Positions 46,825 to 57,152 of a stretch of DNA of 64,000 bases are shown piece after piece. The DNA comes from a candidate division Zixibacteria bacterium HGW-Zixibacteria-1 (GTDB lineage Bacteria; Zixibacteria; MSB-5A5; GN15; PGXB01): positions 1,185 through 65,184 of the forward strand of contig PGXB01000017.1 of assembly GCA_002838945.1 (NCBI GenBank), given 5' to 3'. Under the pieces are notes generated by a model that worked only from the letters and a program-made list of their open reading frames with translations, was not told where the DNA came from and made no database searches. The position numbers and the translations under genes were made by a program. The first letter of the stretch is position 1; every line of letters starts with the position of its first letter.

Positions 46825-47403
46825 TTATTGAGTGGTTCGGTCAATATCAGCCGGCGCAGAACTTTTTAATTTTTCTATCGTGGAAATAATGGACTTGTAA
46901 ATATTTTTTTCATCACGAATAAATTTTGTCTTGATCTCCAGATTGTAATAAGGGGCGCCGATACTGTTTCCCTTACCAATCCTGATTGCCCCCGGAAAGG
47001 CCAGCAGAACCGACTGCGTCAGGCAATTGGGAGCAAGATTCAGATCAATTATTACATCATAGTTGTTTTCTTTCAGCAAATTAATATATTTTTTGCTGGC
47101 CAAGCCGCTCCACGCGATATGGTCGGAAGACGGGGTCATAATTCGATATCCTTTGCGCGGGAAGATATCATAAACAGAGCTGCCGGGCGTGGCCATCAGA
47201 TAAATTTCCGACTCAGCAAAAATACGCGATAAATCGGGAAGCAATAGTTTTATCATGGTCAGCTCGCGTTGTCCGGGCGGGAGGCATACAAGAACATTCC
47301 TCACCCGCGCCAAGTCGCCCGGAAGAGAAATAGGCTGAGCCTGATGATTCCTGCAAAGCACCCGCAATTTAAAGCGAGCCGCTATCTGTTTTATTGCTTT
47401 CAC
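46825..47403 (-). CDS. hypothetical protein, weakly resembles the N-terminal half of GT9 heptosyltransferases
   Basis: VRNVLVCLPPG... and YDVIIDLNLAPNCLTQSVLLAFPGAIRIGKGN recall the GT9 N-domain pattern. Weak, by eye only. Confidence 0.45.
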   Translation of the reverse strand: MKAIKQIAARFKLRVLCRNHQAQPISLPGDLARVRNVLVCLPPGQRELTMIKLLLPDLSRIFAESEIYLMATPGSSVYDIFPRKGYRIMTPSSDHIAWSGLASKKYINLLKENNYDVIIDLNLAPNCLTQSVLLAFPGAIRIGKGNSIGAPYYNLEIKTKFIRDEKNIYKSIISTIEKLKSSAPADIDRTTQ

Positions 47404-48187
47404 TTTCTTCTTCTTTGGGAAACAGAAAGAAATCTTTCATATTTTCCCGATTGATCGTTACATCACGCACCGGACCGCCGGTACCGGAAAGGGTGCGTAA
47501 AAGAATACCGTCAAGAGCCATCTGGACGCCGGCCGGATTTCCCAGAGAGATTTTGAAATTATAATAGGCCTGATAATTCTTTATGGCATTGGCTTCCATA
47601 TTTGCATTAAAAACCGTATCGGTATCGGAAACTATAAGAGCCCAGCACAGGTCGGTAGCAATTATTCGCAGGTTCAGCGGGTCCGGCAATATAATTTCCG
47701 GCTCGGTCGTGTCGCTTTGAGCCATGGAATCAGAGAGCAGACCACCCGCCAGGCCGGATAAAGAATCCACCCCTATACCGGCATCAGATGCAGGCTTTTT
47801 ATCCAGCATGCCCGAAAAAAGAAGGTAAGCCGCAATGATAACTACAAATGCAGCCAGGATAAAAAAGAATGATTTCTTGCCTTTCCCGGCTGTTTTCTCT
47901 TCGGCGGCGGTCTCACCATTCACCCCATTGCCGGCTACGGCGACATTTTCCGGTTTGGCCAAATCTTCCAGAAGCTGCTCCGAATTAATTTCCAGCTCCT
48001 TGGCATAGGAACGAACAAACAGGTTGTAGAATACTTTGGAAGGCAGCTGGTCTATCTGCCCATCCTCGATTGCTATAAGATAGCTCTCGGAAATTTTAAT
48101 ATTTTCGGCGATTTCATCCAATTGCCATTGAAGTTCTTCACGGCGTTTTTTCAGAACCTTGCCGATTTCTTTATAATCATATTCCAT
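47369..48187 (-). CDS. RodZ-like protein (XRE-type HTH, TM segment, DUF4115-like C-terminus)
   Basis: IGKVLKKRREELQWQLDEIAENIKISESYLIAIEDG is the HTH. A single TM segment (FFFILAAFVVIIAAYLLF) and a C-terminal beta-rich domain follow. Confidence 0.7.
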   Translation of the reverse strand: MEYDYKEIGKVLKKRREELQWQLDEIAENIKISESYLIAIEDGQIDQLPSKVFYNLFVRSYAKELEINSEQLLEDLAKPENVAVAGNGVNGETAAEEKTAGKGKKSFFFILAAFVVIIAAYLLFSGMLDKKPASDAGIGVDSLSGLAGGLLSDSMAQSDTTEPEIILPDPLNLRIIATDLCWALIVSDTDTVFNANMEANAIKNYQAYYNFKISLGNPAGVQMALDGILLRTLSGTGGPVRDVTINRENMKDFFLFPKEEESESNKTDSGSL

Positions 48188-48803
48188 AAAAACCCTTTAT
48201 TTCAGCCATTTTGCCGGCGATGCCATCCAATAACACAAGCGGCAGACCGATAACATTATCAATATTTCCCACTATTCTGTCAACCAAAAAAACACCCAGA
48301 TCCTGAATCCCATAAGAACCCGCCTTGTCAAGCGGTTCGCCGGTTTCAACATAATCGATAATTTGCCTTTCCGTGACCGCATTAAAATAGACGTCGGTCA
48401 GCTCAAAACCGCTGGCCAGATTACGGCCCTTATCCATAAGGGCCACGGCCGAACAGACAACATGCATCCGCCCCGACATTTGCGTCAGCATATCGACCGC
48501 ATCAGCGGGCGAAACCGGCTTCCCAAGGATTTTACCATCGAGAATAACAATAGTGTCACAGCCGAGAGCGATTTCATCACCGGAAATTTTGTCCAGAACC
48601 GCCTCGGCCTTTTTCTCGGCCAAAATGGTCGCCAGGCGGTAGGGCTCGGTATGAAGATTGTTATCTTCATGAATATCCGGTATTATCTGGCGGAATTCTA
48701 TTCCGGCCTCCTGCAGGAGAAAAACCCTCCTGGGTGAACCCGAGGCCAAAACAAGCCTCTGTTTATCGAGAAGATATTTTAAATTATAATATTTCGTCGC
48801 CAT
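48177..48803 (-). CDS. maf: Maf-family nucleoside triphosphate pyrophosphatase
   Basis: LVLASGSPRR and KAGSYGIQ motifs. I prefer start ATG 48803; the ORF track extends to 48875. Confidence 0.85.
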   Translation of the reverse strand: MATKYYNLKYLLDKQRLVLASGSPRRVFLLQEAGIEFRQIIPDIHEDNNLHTEPYRLATILAEKKAEAVLDKISGDEIALGCDTIVILDGKILGKPVSPADAVDMLTQMSGRMHVVCSAVALMDKGRNLASGFELTDVYFNAVTERQIIDYVETGEPLDKAGSYGIQDLGVFLVDRIVGNIDNVIGLPLVLLDGIAGKMAEIKGFYGI

Positions 48804-49233
48804 CGAGCAATATCGTGACAGGACCGTCATTGACCAGGCTGATTTCCATTTTGGCGCCAAATACGCCTTTTTCAACCTTCAGGCCCGAGGCTGCCATTTC
48901 ATTCAGAAGTAAATTGTAAAAATTTTCGGCCTCATCCGGAGGCATGCTGTTATCGAAACCGGGACGACGGCCCTTTTTGCAATTGGCATAAAGAGTGAAT
49001 TGCGAAACCACCAACAATTCACCGCCTGTATCCAGCAGTGATAGATTCATCTTGCCGTCGTCATCCTCAAAGACTCTCAGATTAATACATTTGTCAGACA
49101 GTCTTTTTATTTCAGTTTTCACATCACCTTTGCGAAAACCGGCCAGAACGAGAAAACCCTTTCCGATTTTCCCGATAATTTCGCCATCGACCGACACCGA
49201 AGCGGCCGTAACTCTTTGTATCAACAGTCTCAT
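48784..49233 (-). CDS. dtd: D-aminoacyl-tRNA deacylase
   Basis: MRLLIQRVTAASVSV, VSQFTLYA and NDGPVT motifs. I prefer start ATG 49233. Confidence 0.9.
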   Translation of the reverse strand: MRLLIQRVTAASVSVDGEIIGKIGKGFLVLAGFRKGDVKTEIKRLSDKCINLRVFEDDDGKMNLSLLDTGGELLVVSQFTLYANCKKGRRPGFDNSMPPDEAENFYNLLLNEMAASGLKVEKGVFGAKMEISLVNDGPVTILLDGDEIL

Positions 49234-49343
49234 AATTTTATAGGATTTGAATATATATGAAGCATGCAATAATTCAAAGCGATAAAATGTTGCAAAATAT
49301 CATTGCGTATAAGTACTAAAATGCTTATCAATGGCCAGTGCCA

Positions 49344-52300
49344 ATGGTTAATAAAATGCAATCAAAAAGACCGTTATTAGGAATCGATATCGGATCAGTA
49401 TCGGTAAAAATAGCCGCGCTGGACCACACCGGGCGCATTATCAGGACCATTTACCGCAGATTTCACGGGCGACCATACCAGACATTAAAAAGCCTTCTGG
49501 ATAATGAATTCAGGGAATACAAGAATGTCCCTGTCAATCTGGGCTTTACCGGCATTGGCAGCAAGACTGCCGTCGGAATTTTGGGAGGGGACGCCTTTGG
49601 CGAGATTAATGTTATAAGCATTGCCAACTTTGCGTTATATCCGGAAATAGTAACAATTATCGAAATGGGCGGGGAGGATTCCAAATTTATCCAGCTTGAC
49701 CCGGTCAAGAAAGTCGTTGTCGATTTCAGCATGAACAATCTTTGTGCCGCCGGAACCGGGTCGTTCCTGGACCAGCAGGCCGGCAGGCTTAAAATTTCTA
49801 TCGAGGAAGAGTTCGGAAAACTGGCTCTGAAATCGAAAAACCCACCACGCATTGCCGGAAGATGCTCGGTCTTTGCCAAATCCGACATGATCCACCTTCA
49901 GCAAATCGCCACTCCCGATTTTGATATTGTGGCCGGCCTCTGTTATGCGGTCGCACGCAATTTTAAGAGCGCCATCGCCCGCGGTAAGAAATTTATCCCA
50001 CCGGTCGCTTTCGAAGGGGGGGTGGCGGCCAATCCGGGTGTTATCCGGGCGTTCACTGATATATTGGAAATCGAAGATGGTCAATTGATCGTCCCAGAAC
50101 ATTTCAACGTGATTGGCGCCATCGGCGCGGCCATGATGGCCGGTAAATCAACCAAAAGCCAATCCGCTCTTATAGACACCCACAAGATCTCCGGTTACCT
50201 GAATTACCGGGAAATCCAGCAAAATGGCCGTGAAAGGCTTACTTTTGATTACCCGGATTCAAAATACTATGCTATTACGGCCCAAAAATATACTCAAAAT
50301 ATTGATAATCTTGAAGTTTACCTCGGGATCGACGTGGGCTCTCTCTCGACCAACCTGGTTCTAATAGATAAGGACAAAAATGTTGTTGCCAGGCGGTATT
50401 TAATGACCGAAGGACGGCCAATCGAAGCTGTCCGGCGCGGTCTTGAGGAAATCGGGGATGAGGTCGGCATTCGAGTCAAGGTGGTGGGTGTTGGTACAAC
50501 CGGCTCCGGAAGATATCTTACAGGCGATTTTGTGGGAGCGGATATTATAAAAAACGAAATTACAGCCCAGGCGACAGCGGCTATCAATATTGATCCCACC
50601 GTTGATACGATTTTTGAAATCGGGGGTCAGGACTCAAAATATATTTCTTTAAATAATAAGACCGTAATCGACTTCGAAATGAATAAGGCCTGTACCGCCG
50701 GGACCGGATCCTTTTTACAGGAACAGGCTGAGAAACTGGATATCAATATTGAACGTGAGTTCGGAGATCGGGCGCTTGCGGCCGAATGCCCGGTCGGATG
50801 CGGCGAACGCTGCACCGTCTTTATGGAATCGGATCTGGTCAGCCATCAGCGCGGCGGGGCCTCTACCAATGATCTGATTGCCGGTCTGGCCTATTCCATA
50901 GCATCAAATTACCTGACCAAGGTGGTCGGAGATCGTAAGGTTGGTGACAATATATTCTTCCAGGGAGGAGTCGCCTGGAACAAAGGCGTCGTGGCGGCCT
51001 TCGAAAAGTTAACGGGGAAAAAGGTCACGGTTCCGCCTCATCATGATGTCACGGGCGCAATAGGGGCCGCCATCCTGGCGATGGAAGTCGACCAGGGGAA
51101 CGGTTCGAATTTCAAGGGATTTGATCTTTCCCGGCGAAAATATGTCCTGAGCACCTTTACCTGTGAAGATTGCTCCAATATGTGCGAAATCCACAAGGTG
51201 GAAGTCGAGGGAGAGGAGCCGCTTTACTACGGAAGCCGCTGTGAAAAATACGATGTTAAGCGGCGTGAGGAAGAAGAAACAAAGATTCCGGATTATGTCA
51301 ATTTCCGGCAGCGGCTGCTGATGAAGAGATACATCGAACATGATACAAGCAAGCCGGTTAAAGGTCGAGTCGGTATTCCCAGGATCCTTCAATTTTTTGA
51401 ATACTTTCCTTATTGGAGAGCCTTTTTTGAGACACTTGGATTTGAAGTGGTTAATTCGGATCTTTCCAATCATGAAATCGTCGAAGATTCACTGGAAATG
51501 TTTTCCGCCGAAACCTGTTTTCCGGTCAAAATGACTTTCGGTCATGTCCAGAATCTTATCAAGAAACAGGTGGACTATATTTTCCTGCCCGGAATAATCA
51601 AGTTTACGGAAAACGAGAACATGGAAAAGGGCAGTTATATATGTCCTTATGTGCAATCGATTTCAAATACAATTAATGCAAAATTTGATTTCAAGGCCGC
51701 CGGCATTGAATACATCGGCCTTCCGATAAGAATCGTCAGAAATAAAACTAAAATGTTCAGCCACTTACAACCTCTCCTTAAAGTATTACATGCAAAAGAT
51801 AAAGATCTGAAACGGGCCATAGAGAACGGCATGAAGGCTTACGATCTTTTCCGAAGCGGGTTGATAACCAAGGGGAAGGAAATTTTGGATTCCCTCGAGC
51901 CGGATGAAAAATGCATTGTGCTGGTCAGCCGGCCATATAACGGCATCGATCGCCGATTATCGCTGGAGATTCCTTCCAAGATTAGGAAAATGGGGCTGAA
52001 GGTAATTCCAATTGATTTCCTGCCTTTGGATCTCGATACTAAGGACCTCGCCACCATGTACTGGCTGTATGGACGAAAAATAATGGCGGCGGCAAGTTTT
52101 ATAAGAAAGCATCCTAATTTGTACGCCGTATATTTGACCTCCTTCGGATGCGGCCCCGATTCGTTTATAACTCATTTTTTCAGGCGGCTGATGTCAGGGA
52201 AGCCTTACCTGCAACTCGAATTGGATGAACATTCGGCTGATGCCGGTTTAATCACGAGGGTCGAAGCCTTTCTGGATTCACTACGTTTTTACTCATATCA

Positions 52301-53552
52301 CCCCTCTGTTTCGGAGTTCAGTCTGACCGGCAAGAAATTTTCGCCCCGCAATAAAATTGTTTACGTACCGAACATGTGTGATCACGCTTATCCCATCGCC
52401 GCCAGTCTGAAAAGATTTGGCGTCAATGCCGAGGTCCTGCCGGAGCCGGATGAAACCAGCCTTTACTATGGTAAGAAGTTTACTTCCGGGAAGGAATGTT
52501 TTCCATGCGTTGTCACTACCGGCGATATGATTCGCCAGGTTAAATCAAAAGATTTCAAACCGGATGATTCCGTTTTCCTGATGTTTGGCGCGGAAGGCCC
52601 CTGCCGCTTTGGCCAGTACAGTAAATATCATCGTATCGTGCTGGATGAATTGGGCTATCCGAATGTTCCGATATTTTCACCCAATTCAAACAACTCATAT
52701 TCCGAGTTCGGATTGGGCACCGGTGCCTTTCGTAAATTGGGGTGGCGATCGGTTATTTTCGTTGACTGTCTGATCAAGAGCCTGTTAAAGACCAGACCAT
52801 ATGAAACAGAAAAAGGAACTGCCGAAAAAGTCTATTATAAGTATCTTCACAAGGTCCAGGATCATATCCTTGCCGGCGGCGATCCCGTGGATCTGGCAAA
52901 GGAAGCTGCAAAAGAATTCAGCCAAATTCCCGTCCTCGGCAATCCCAGACCGGTGGTCGGATTGGTCGGAGAAATTTACCTTCGCAACAATCGTTTCTCC
53001 AATAATCATTTGATAACCAAGCTCGAGAAACTGGGCATGGAAGTCAAACTGGCCACCCTGGCCGAGTGGGTCAATTACACGACGTATACGTTTCGCCTGG
53101 ATTCGATTTATAAAAAGAACTGGAAAGGCGTTGTGGCGGCATATTTACAGCAGATTATTCAGAGCCGCGATGAACACAAAATGGAAAAGTCATTTGACCG
53201 ACATTTGCCGATTGACCATGAAGATTCGGTGATCAATATTACAAAGCTGGCGGCCCCATATTTACCGATTGAAGTCAGGGGCGAGGCGGTACTGTCCATC
53301 GGCAAGTCGATTGATTTTGTCCGAAGAGGCGCTTCCGGAATCATCAACTGCATGCCGTTTAATTGCATGCCGGGAACCATTGTAAGTTCACTGTCAAGAA
53401 AAGTCTCACATGATTTTCATGATATCCCATGGCTTAATATAAGCTACGAAGGACTTAAAGATACCGGCGAGGAGACCCGACTTGAGGCATTTGTCGACCA
53501 GGTCACGAACTATAGCAATTCGATTTCGCAGAAAATTATAACATATGAATAA
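49344..53552 (+). CDS. BadF/BadG/BcrA/BcrD-type double ATPase fused to DUF2229-like (dehydratase-component-like) domains; CoA-substrate-specific enzyme activase family
   Basis: Two ASKHA ATPase units are visible: GIDIGSVSVK...CAAGTGSFLDQQA and GIDVGSLSTN...CTAGTGSFLQEQA. A Cys-rich C-terminal extension of about 800 aa follows. Start could be 49338 (GTG), 49344 or 49356. Confidence 0.8.
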   Translation: MVNKMQSKRPLLGIDIGSVSVKIAALDHTGRIIRTIYRRFHGRPYQTLKSLLDNEFREYKNVPVNLGFTGIGSKTAVGILGGDAFGEINVISIANFALYPEIVTIIEMGGEDSKFIQLDPVKKVVVDFSMNNLCAAGTGSFLDQQAGRLKISIEEEFGKLALKSKNPPRIAGRCSVFAKSDMIHLQQIATPDFDIVAGLCYAVARNFKSAIARGKKFIPPVAFEGGVAANPGVIRAFTDILEIEDGQLIVPEHFNVIGAIGAAMMAGKSTKSQSALIDTHKISGYLNYREIQQNGRERLTFDYPDSKYYAITAQKYTQNIDNLEVYLGIDVGSLSTNLVLIDKDKNVVARRYLMTEGRPIEAVRRGLEEIGDEVGIRVKVVGVGTTGSGRYLTGDFVGADIIKNEITAQATAAINIDPTVDTIFEIGGQDSKYISLNNKTVIDFEMNKACTAGTGSFLQEQAEKLDINIEREFGDRALAAECPVGCGERCTVFMESDLVSHQRGGASTNDLIAGLAYSIASNYLTKVVGDRKVGDNIFFQGGVAWNKGVVAAFEKLTGKKVTVPPHHDVTGAIGAAILAMEVDQGNGSNFKGFDLSRRKYVLSTFTCEDCSNMCEIHKVEVEGEEPLYYGSRCEKYDVKRREEEETKIPDYVNFRQRLLMKRYIEHDTSKPVKGRVGIPRILQFFEYFPYWRAFFETLGFEVVNSDLSNHEIVEDSLEMFSAETCFPVKMTFGHVQNLIKKQVDYIFLPGIIKFTENENMEKGSYICPYVQSISNTINAKFDFKAAGIEYIGLPIRIVRNKTKMFSHLQPLLKVLHAKDKDLKRAIENGMKAYDLFRSGLITKGKEILDSLEPDEKCIVLVSRPYNGIDRRLSLEIPSKIRKMGLKVIPIDFLPLDLDTKDLATMYWLYGRKIMAAASFIRKHPNLYAVYLTSFGCGPDSFITHFFRRLMSGKPYLQLELDEHSADAGLITRVEAFLDSLRFYSYHPSVSEFSLTGKKFSPRNKIVYVPNMCDHAYPIAASLKRFGVNAEVLPEPDETSLYYGKKFTSGKECFPCVVTTGDMIRQVKSKDFKPDDSVFLMFGAEGPCRFGQYSKYHRIVLDELGYPNVPIFSPNSNNSYSEFGLGTGAFRKLGWRSVIFVDCLIKSLLKTRPYETEKGTAEKVYYKYLHKVQDHILAGGDPVDLAKEAAKEFSQIPVLGNPRPVVGLVGEIYLRNNRFSNNHLITKLEKLGMEVKLATLAEWVNYTTYTFRLDSIYKKNWKGVVAAYLQQIIQSRDEHKMEKSFDRHLPIDHEDSVINITKLAAPYLPIEVRGEAVLSIGKSIDFVRRGASGIINCMPFNCMPGTIVSSLSRKVSHDFHDIPWLNISYEGLKDTGEETRLEAFVDQVTNYSNSISQKIITYE

Positions 53553-55199
53553 CAGCGGATACGACAATCATGCATTTGATAAGCTGGTTGATGAATTCCT
53601 ATTGGAGCGTTGGCGGTTTAAGCCGACCGAGGCCACTTTCGAGGGGATTCATGATTATGATTGTGAGCTGGACCAGGTCGATCAACGGAGTCTTCTGCAG
53701 TTTATTCAAAGGGAAGAAAAATATCTTGCCCGGCTGGAGGGTTTCAAAAACAGCGGGACCTTAACGCAGGACAAAATGCTTGATCTTAAAATTCTTGAAG
53801 GCCAGTTAAAGAAAGATATCATCTCCGAAAGATTGTTTTCCCGTTATCGCCGAGACCCTTCAATTTATGTTAATCTGGCTGTTTTTTCATGCATGGCGCT
53901 TCTCCTTCGTGAATTTGCGCCGGAAGAGATCCGTTATAAAGCTCTTATAAGCAGGCTGAAGCAGGTCCCGCGGCTGTTGCAGCAGGGTATGGAGAATCTC
54001 GGCGATGCCGACTCGATCCCGGCGGTCTGGAATAAGATCGGTCAGGCATCGGCGCAGTCGGCTCAAAGTTTTTTTTCCAACATCATCTTGAATATAGCAG
54101 TGCAGGCAGACGGCCTGAAGAATGATATGCTGGCCGCGGCCACACTGGCATCGAAAGCCTTCAAGCATTACTCTGAGTTTCTGACGAATGAACTGTCGCA
54201 AAAGCCGGAAGGTGATTTTGCCGCCGGGAGGGAATATTTCGAATTTCTTCTCAGGGAATTTCATTTGCTGCCATACAATCCGGAAGATATCGAGAAAATC
54301 GGCCTTAAATTTATTGAGACGACCATTGGGGAAATCAAAAATCTGGCCGGGCGAATCAGTCCCGAGGCGGACTGGACCGAAGTGATTGAAATAATCAAGA
54401 ATGATACTCCGTCAAAGGAAGCCCTGCTTGATTATTATCGCGCCGAGATCATCAAGTCCCGCAAGTTTGTGCTCGAAAATGATCTTGTATCCATTCCGGA
54501 CGGGGAATCGCTGAAAGTTATTGAGACGCCCGCAAGCCATCGGAACACTTATCCTTATGCGGCCTATTTGTCGCCCCCCCTTTCGAAAAGACCCATGAGG
54601 GAATATTCTGGGTGACGCCTGTCGATGAAAAGGCCGACCGGCAGAGACAGAAGGAGCAATTGGCCGGACACAGTCGGGCCGCAATTTCGGTCCGAACGCT
54701 TCATGAAGGCTACCCGGGGCATCATCTTCAGTATTGTCATGCCAACCGGGTGGATTCAAGAATCCGGCGAATCTTCGGGACGTCGGTATTTGCCGAGGGC
54801 TGGGCGTTGTACTGCGAGAAAATGATGAATGAACAGGGATATTACAGTGATAATAAGACGCAGTTGACTCAATTGAAGGATCAATTATGGCGCGCCTGCC
54901 GTATCGTTCTTGATGTTCGCCTGCACATGCATGGCTGCAGTTATGAAGATGCGGTCGATATGCTGGTGGATGTCGCGCGCCTTGAAAGGAGTAATGCCGA
55001 GGCTGAAGTCAACCGTTATACCCAGTCGCCGACCCAGCCGTTGAGCTATCTTATCGGTCAACTGGAAATTGACAAACTTCTGAAGAGTTATCGAGAAAAT
55101 AATCCCGGATTAAAGATTAAGGAAATTCATAATAAACTGCTATCATACGGTACAATCCCGGTTGCCCTCGTTCGTAACTCAATGCTGGGAACAAATTAA
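53545..55199 (+). pseudogene. DUF885-family protein interrupted by a 1-nt frameshift at a C7 run (or a sequencing error)
   Basis: ORFs 53545-54615 and 54612-55199 are the two halves. Reading ...YLSPP then shifting frame inside CCCCCCC (54574-54580) gives PFEKTHEGIFWVTPVDEK..., continuing to HEGYPGHHLQ (the DUF885 signature). Confidence 0.8.
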
Positions 55200-55254
55200 T
55201 ATGAGAATTGTTAGAAGACCAGAAATGATAAATTAAATTTAAGAAAGGAAAGAA

Positions 55255-55581
55255 ATGAGCAAACCGGTCGAGATTAGTGACGCTACTTTTGATTCTGAAG
55301 TAATAAAATCAGAGGTTCCGGTTATTGTCGATTTCTGGGCGCCCTGGTGCGGTCCGTGCAAAATGATTGCGCCTATCCTGGAGGAAATTGCAAAGGACTA
55401 CAACGGAAAGGTTAAAGTAGCCAAGATGGATGTTGATACCAATACACAGATAGCCAGCCAGTACAAAATTATGTCGATACCTTCGCTCTTGATATTCAAG
55501 GATGGCAAACTGGTGGACCAGGTTGTCGGCGCCCTTCCCAAGGCTCAATTACTTAACCATTTGACAAAGGTCATTGGCTGA
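55255..55581 (+). CDS. trxA: thioredoxin
   Basis: DFWAPWCGPCK active site. 108 aa. Confidence 0.93.
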   Translation: MSKPVEISDATFDSEVIKSEVPVIVDFWAPWCGPCKMIAPILEEIAKDYNGKVKVAKMDVDTNTQIASQYKIMSIPSLLIFKDGKLVDQVVGALPKAQLLNHLTKVIG

Positions 55582-55582
55582 T

Positions 55583-56026
55583 ATGCCGGCTTACGGCGAA
55601 AATTCGGGAGGATGGAAAAACCCATCATCGGAAGATATCAGAAAATTACTGGATAATTCCGGGACCATTGCCGTGGTGGGTTTGTCCTCCAACCCGGAAC
55701 GCCCCAGTTTTCGAGTGGGCGGTTATTTGGTACAGAAGGGGTATCGGGTGATTCCGATCAACCCCGGTGAAAAAGAAATAATGGGCCTGAAAAGTTATCC
55801 GGATTTGGAGTCGGTTCCGGAAAAGATTGACATTGTTGACGTTTTCCGACGACCGTCAGAGGCGGTCAATATTGTCGAACAGGCCATTACCTGCGGAGCC
55901 GGAGCAGTCTGGCTTCAGGAATCGGTGGTTTCGCCCGAGGCTTTCCACCTGGGCGAGAAGGCGGGATTGATGATGGTTATGGACAGGTGTATTTATAAGG
56001 AACACTGCCGTCTCGTCAAAGGATAA
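55583..56026 (+). CDS. CoA-binding domain protein (YccU/YneT-like)
   Basis: IAVVGLSSNPERPSFRVGGYLVQKGYRVIPINP. ATG 55583 lies just after the trxA stop; the ORF track starts at TTG 55574. Confidence 0.8.
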   Translation: MPAYGENSGGWKNPSSEDIRKLLDNSGTIAVVGLSSNPERPSFRVGGYLVQKGYRVIPINPGEKEIMGLKSYPDLESVPEKIDIVDVFRRPSEAVNIVEQAITCGAGAVWLQESVVSPEAFHLGEKAGLMMVMDRCIYKEHCRLVKG

Positions 56027-56308
56027 TCGGGGGCAATTATGGATACCTATGATATAATATTCCTTCTGGCTTTTTTGGTTATCTGGTTTATTCTGGTGAA
56101 AATAGTCCTGCCAAAAATCGGTGTTCCGACCTGAATGGGGCCATCATGCGATGTCCAGTTGGGCAAAAACAAAAAGAAAAACCTGGCCGATAAGTCGAAG
56201 ACCGATAATCCATAAATGCATCCAAAAGCGCCGTCAGATATTGACTTTCGCCCATTACGGCGTTAAATATATAGATGAAGAGGCTTAAATTAAATGCCGA
56301 TAGGTTAA

Positions 56309-57139
56309 ATGATGAGGCCAAATAACCCATATTATCAAAATACGGGCGGATTTCAAATCGGACCGGGATCACTAAGTCCGATTATTAGATACCTGTTAAT
56401 AGTCAATGGGCTGGTCTATCTGATCCAGAATTTCACGGCGGCCGGTCTGGCGGGAACGTTTGGTCTTACGCCGGCGCTTTTTTACCGGGAATTTCCAAAC
56501 TACACCTTTCAAATATTCACGTACATGTTTTTGCATGCCGGTTTTTTTCATATTTTCTTTAACATGTTTGCGCTGTGGATGTTTGGGACGGAAATCGAGT
56601 ATCGGTGGGGGTCGCGGTCTTTTCTGAAATTTTACATATTGTGCGGGCTTGGCGGCGCTTTGATGTCACTGGTATTCAATCCGGGCCTGTCATATCCGAT
56701 TGTAGGAGCTTCCGGAGCCATTTACGGCGTGCTGGTGGCCTACTGGTTTATGTTTCCTGACCGAATTTTATACATTTTCTTTCTATTTCCCATGAAAGTC
56801 CGCTGGGCAATTCCCCTTTTTGCGCTGCTCAATTTCGTGGCTTCCGGGTCAAATGTGGCCCATCTGGCTCATCTTGGAGGCGCCATTGTGGGCTTTATTT
56901 ATATCAAGACAGACTGGCGCTTGCGGATAATTCCAAATTGGCTTAAGTCGCGGCGGCTCAAGAAGAAAGAGATAAAGATCGAAAAGAATAGACAAAAAGC
57001 CGAAGAAATCATGAAACGGGTCGATAAAATACTAGATAAGATAAATGAGGTTGGTCTCGAAAATATCTCCAAAGAGGACCGTAAATTTCTTGAGGACGCC
57101 AGCCAGATATTATCTAATAAGGACAATAAAACCATCTAG
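56309..57139 (+). CDS. rhomboid-family intramembrane serine protease
   Basis: HAGFFHIFFNM, GASGAIYG (catalytic Ser) and HLAHLGG (catalytic His) motifs. Confidence 0.85.
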   Translation: MMRPNNPYYQNTGGFQIGPGSLSPIIRYLLIVNGLVYLIQNFTAAGLAGTFGLTPALFYREFPNYTFQIFTYMFLHAGFFHIFFNMFALWMFGTEIEYRWGSRSFLKFYILCGLGGALMSLVFNPGLSYPIVGASGAIYGVLVAYWFMFPDRILYIFFLFPMKVRWAIPLFALLNFVASGSNVAHLAHLGGAIVGFIYIKTDWRLRIIPNWLKSRRLKKKEIKIEKNRQKAEEIMKRVDKILDKINEVGLENISKEDRKFLEDASQILSNKDNKTI

Positions 57140-57152
57140 GGCGGATTGGATT

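Noticed and set aside
56039-56215. Two tiny ORFs: MDTYDIIFLLAFLVIWFILVKIVLPKIGVPT, then TGA, then MGPSCDVQLGKNKKKNLADKSKTDNP. They could be read as one selenoprotein or readthrough product next to trxA.
   Set aside because: There is no convincing SECIS-like hairpin right after the TGA, no UxxC/CxxU redox motif, and no RBS I trust. Both are too short to support from sequence alone.
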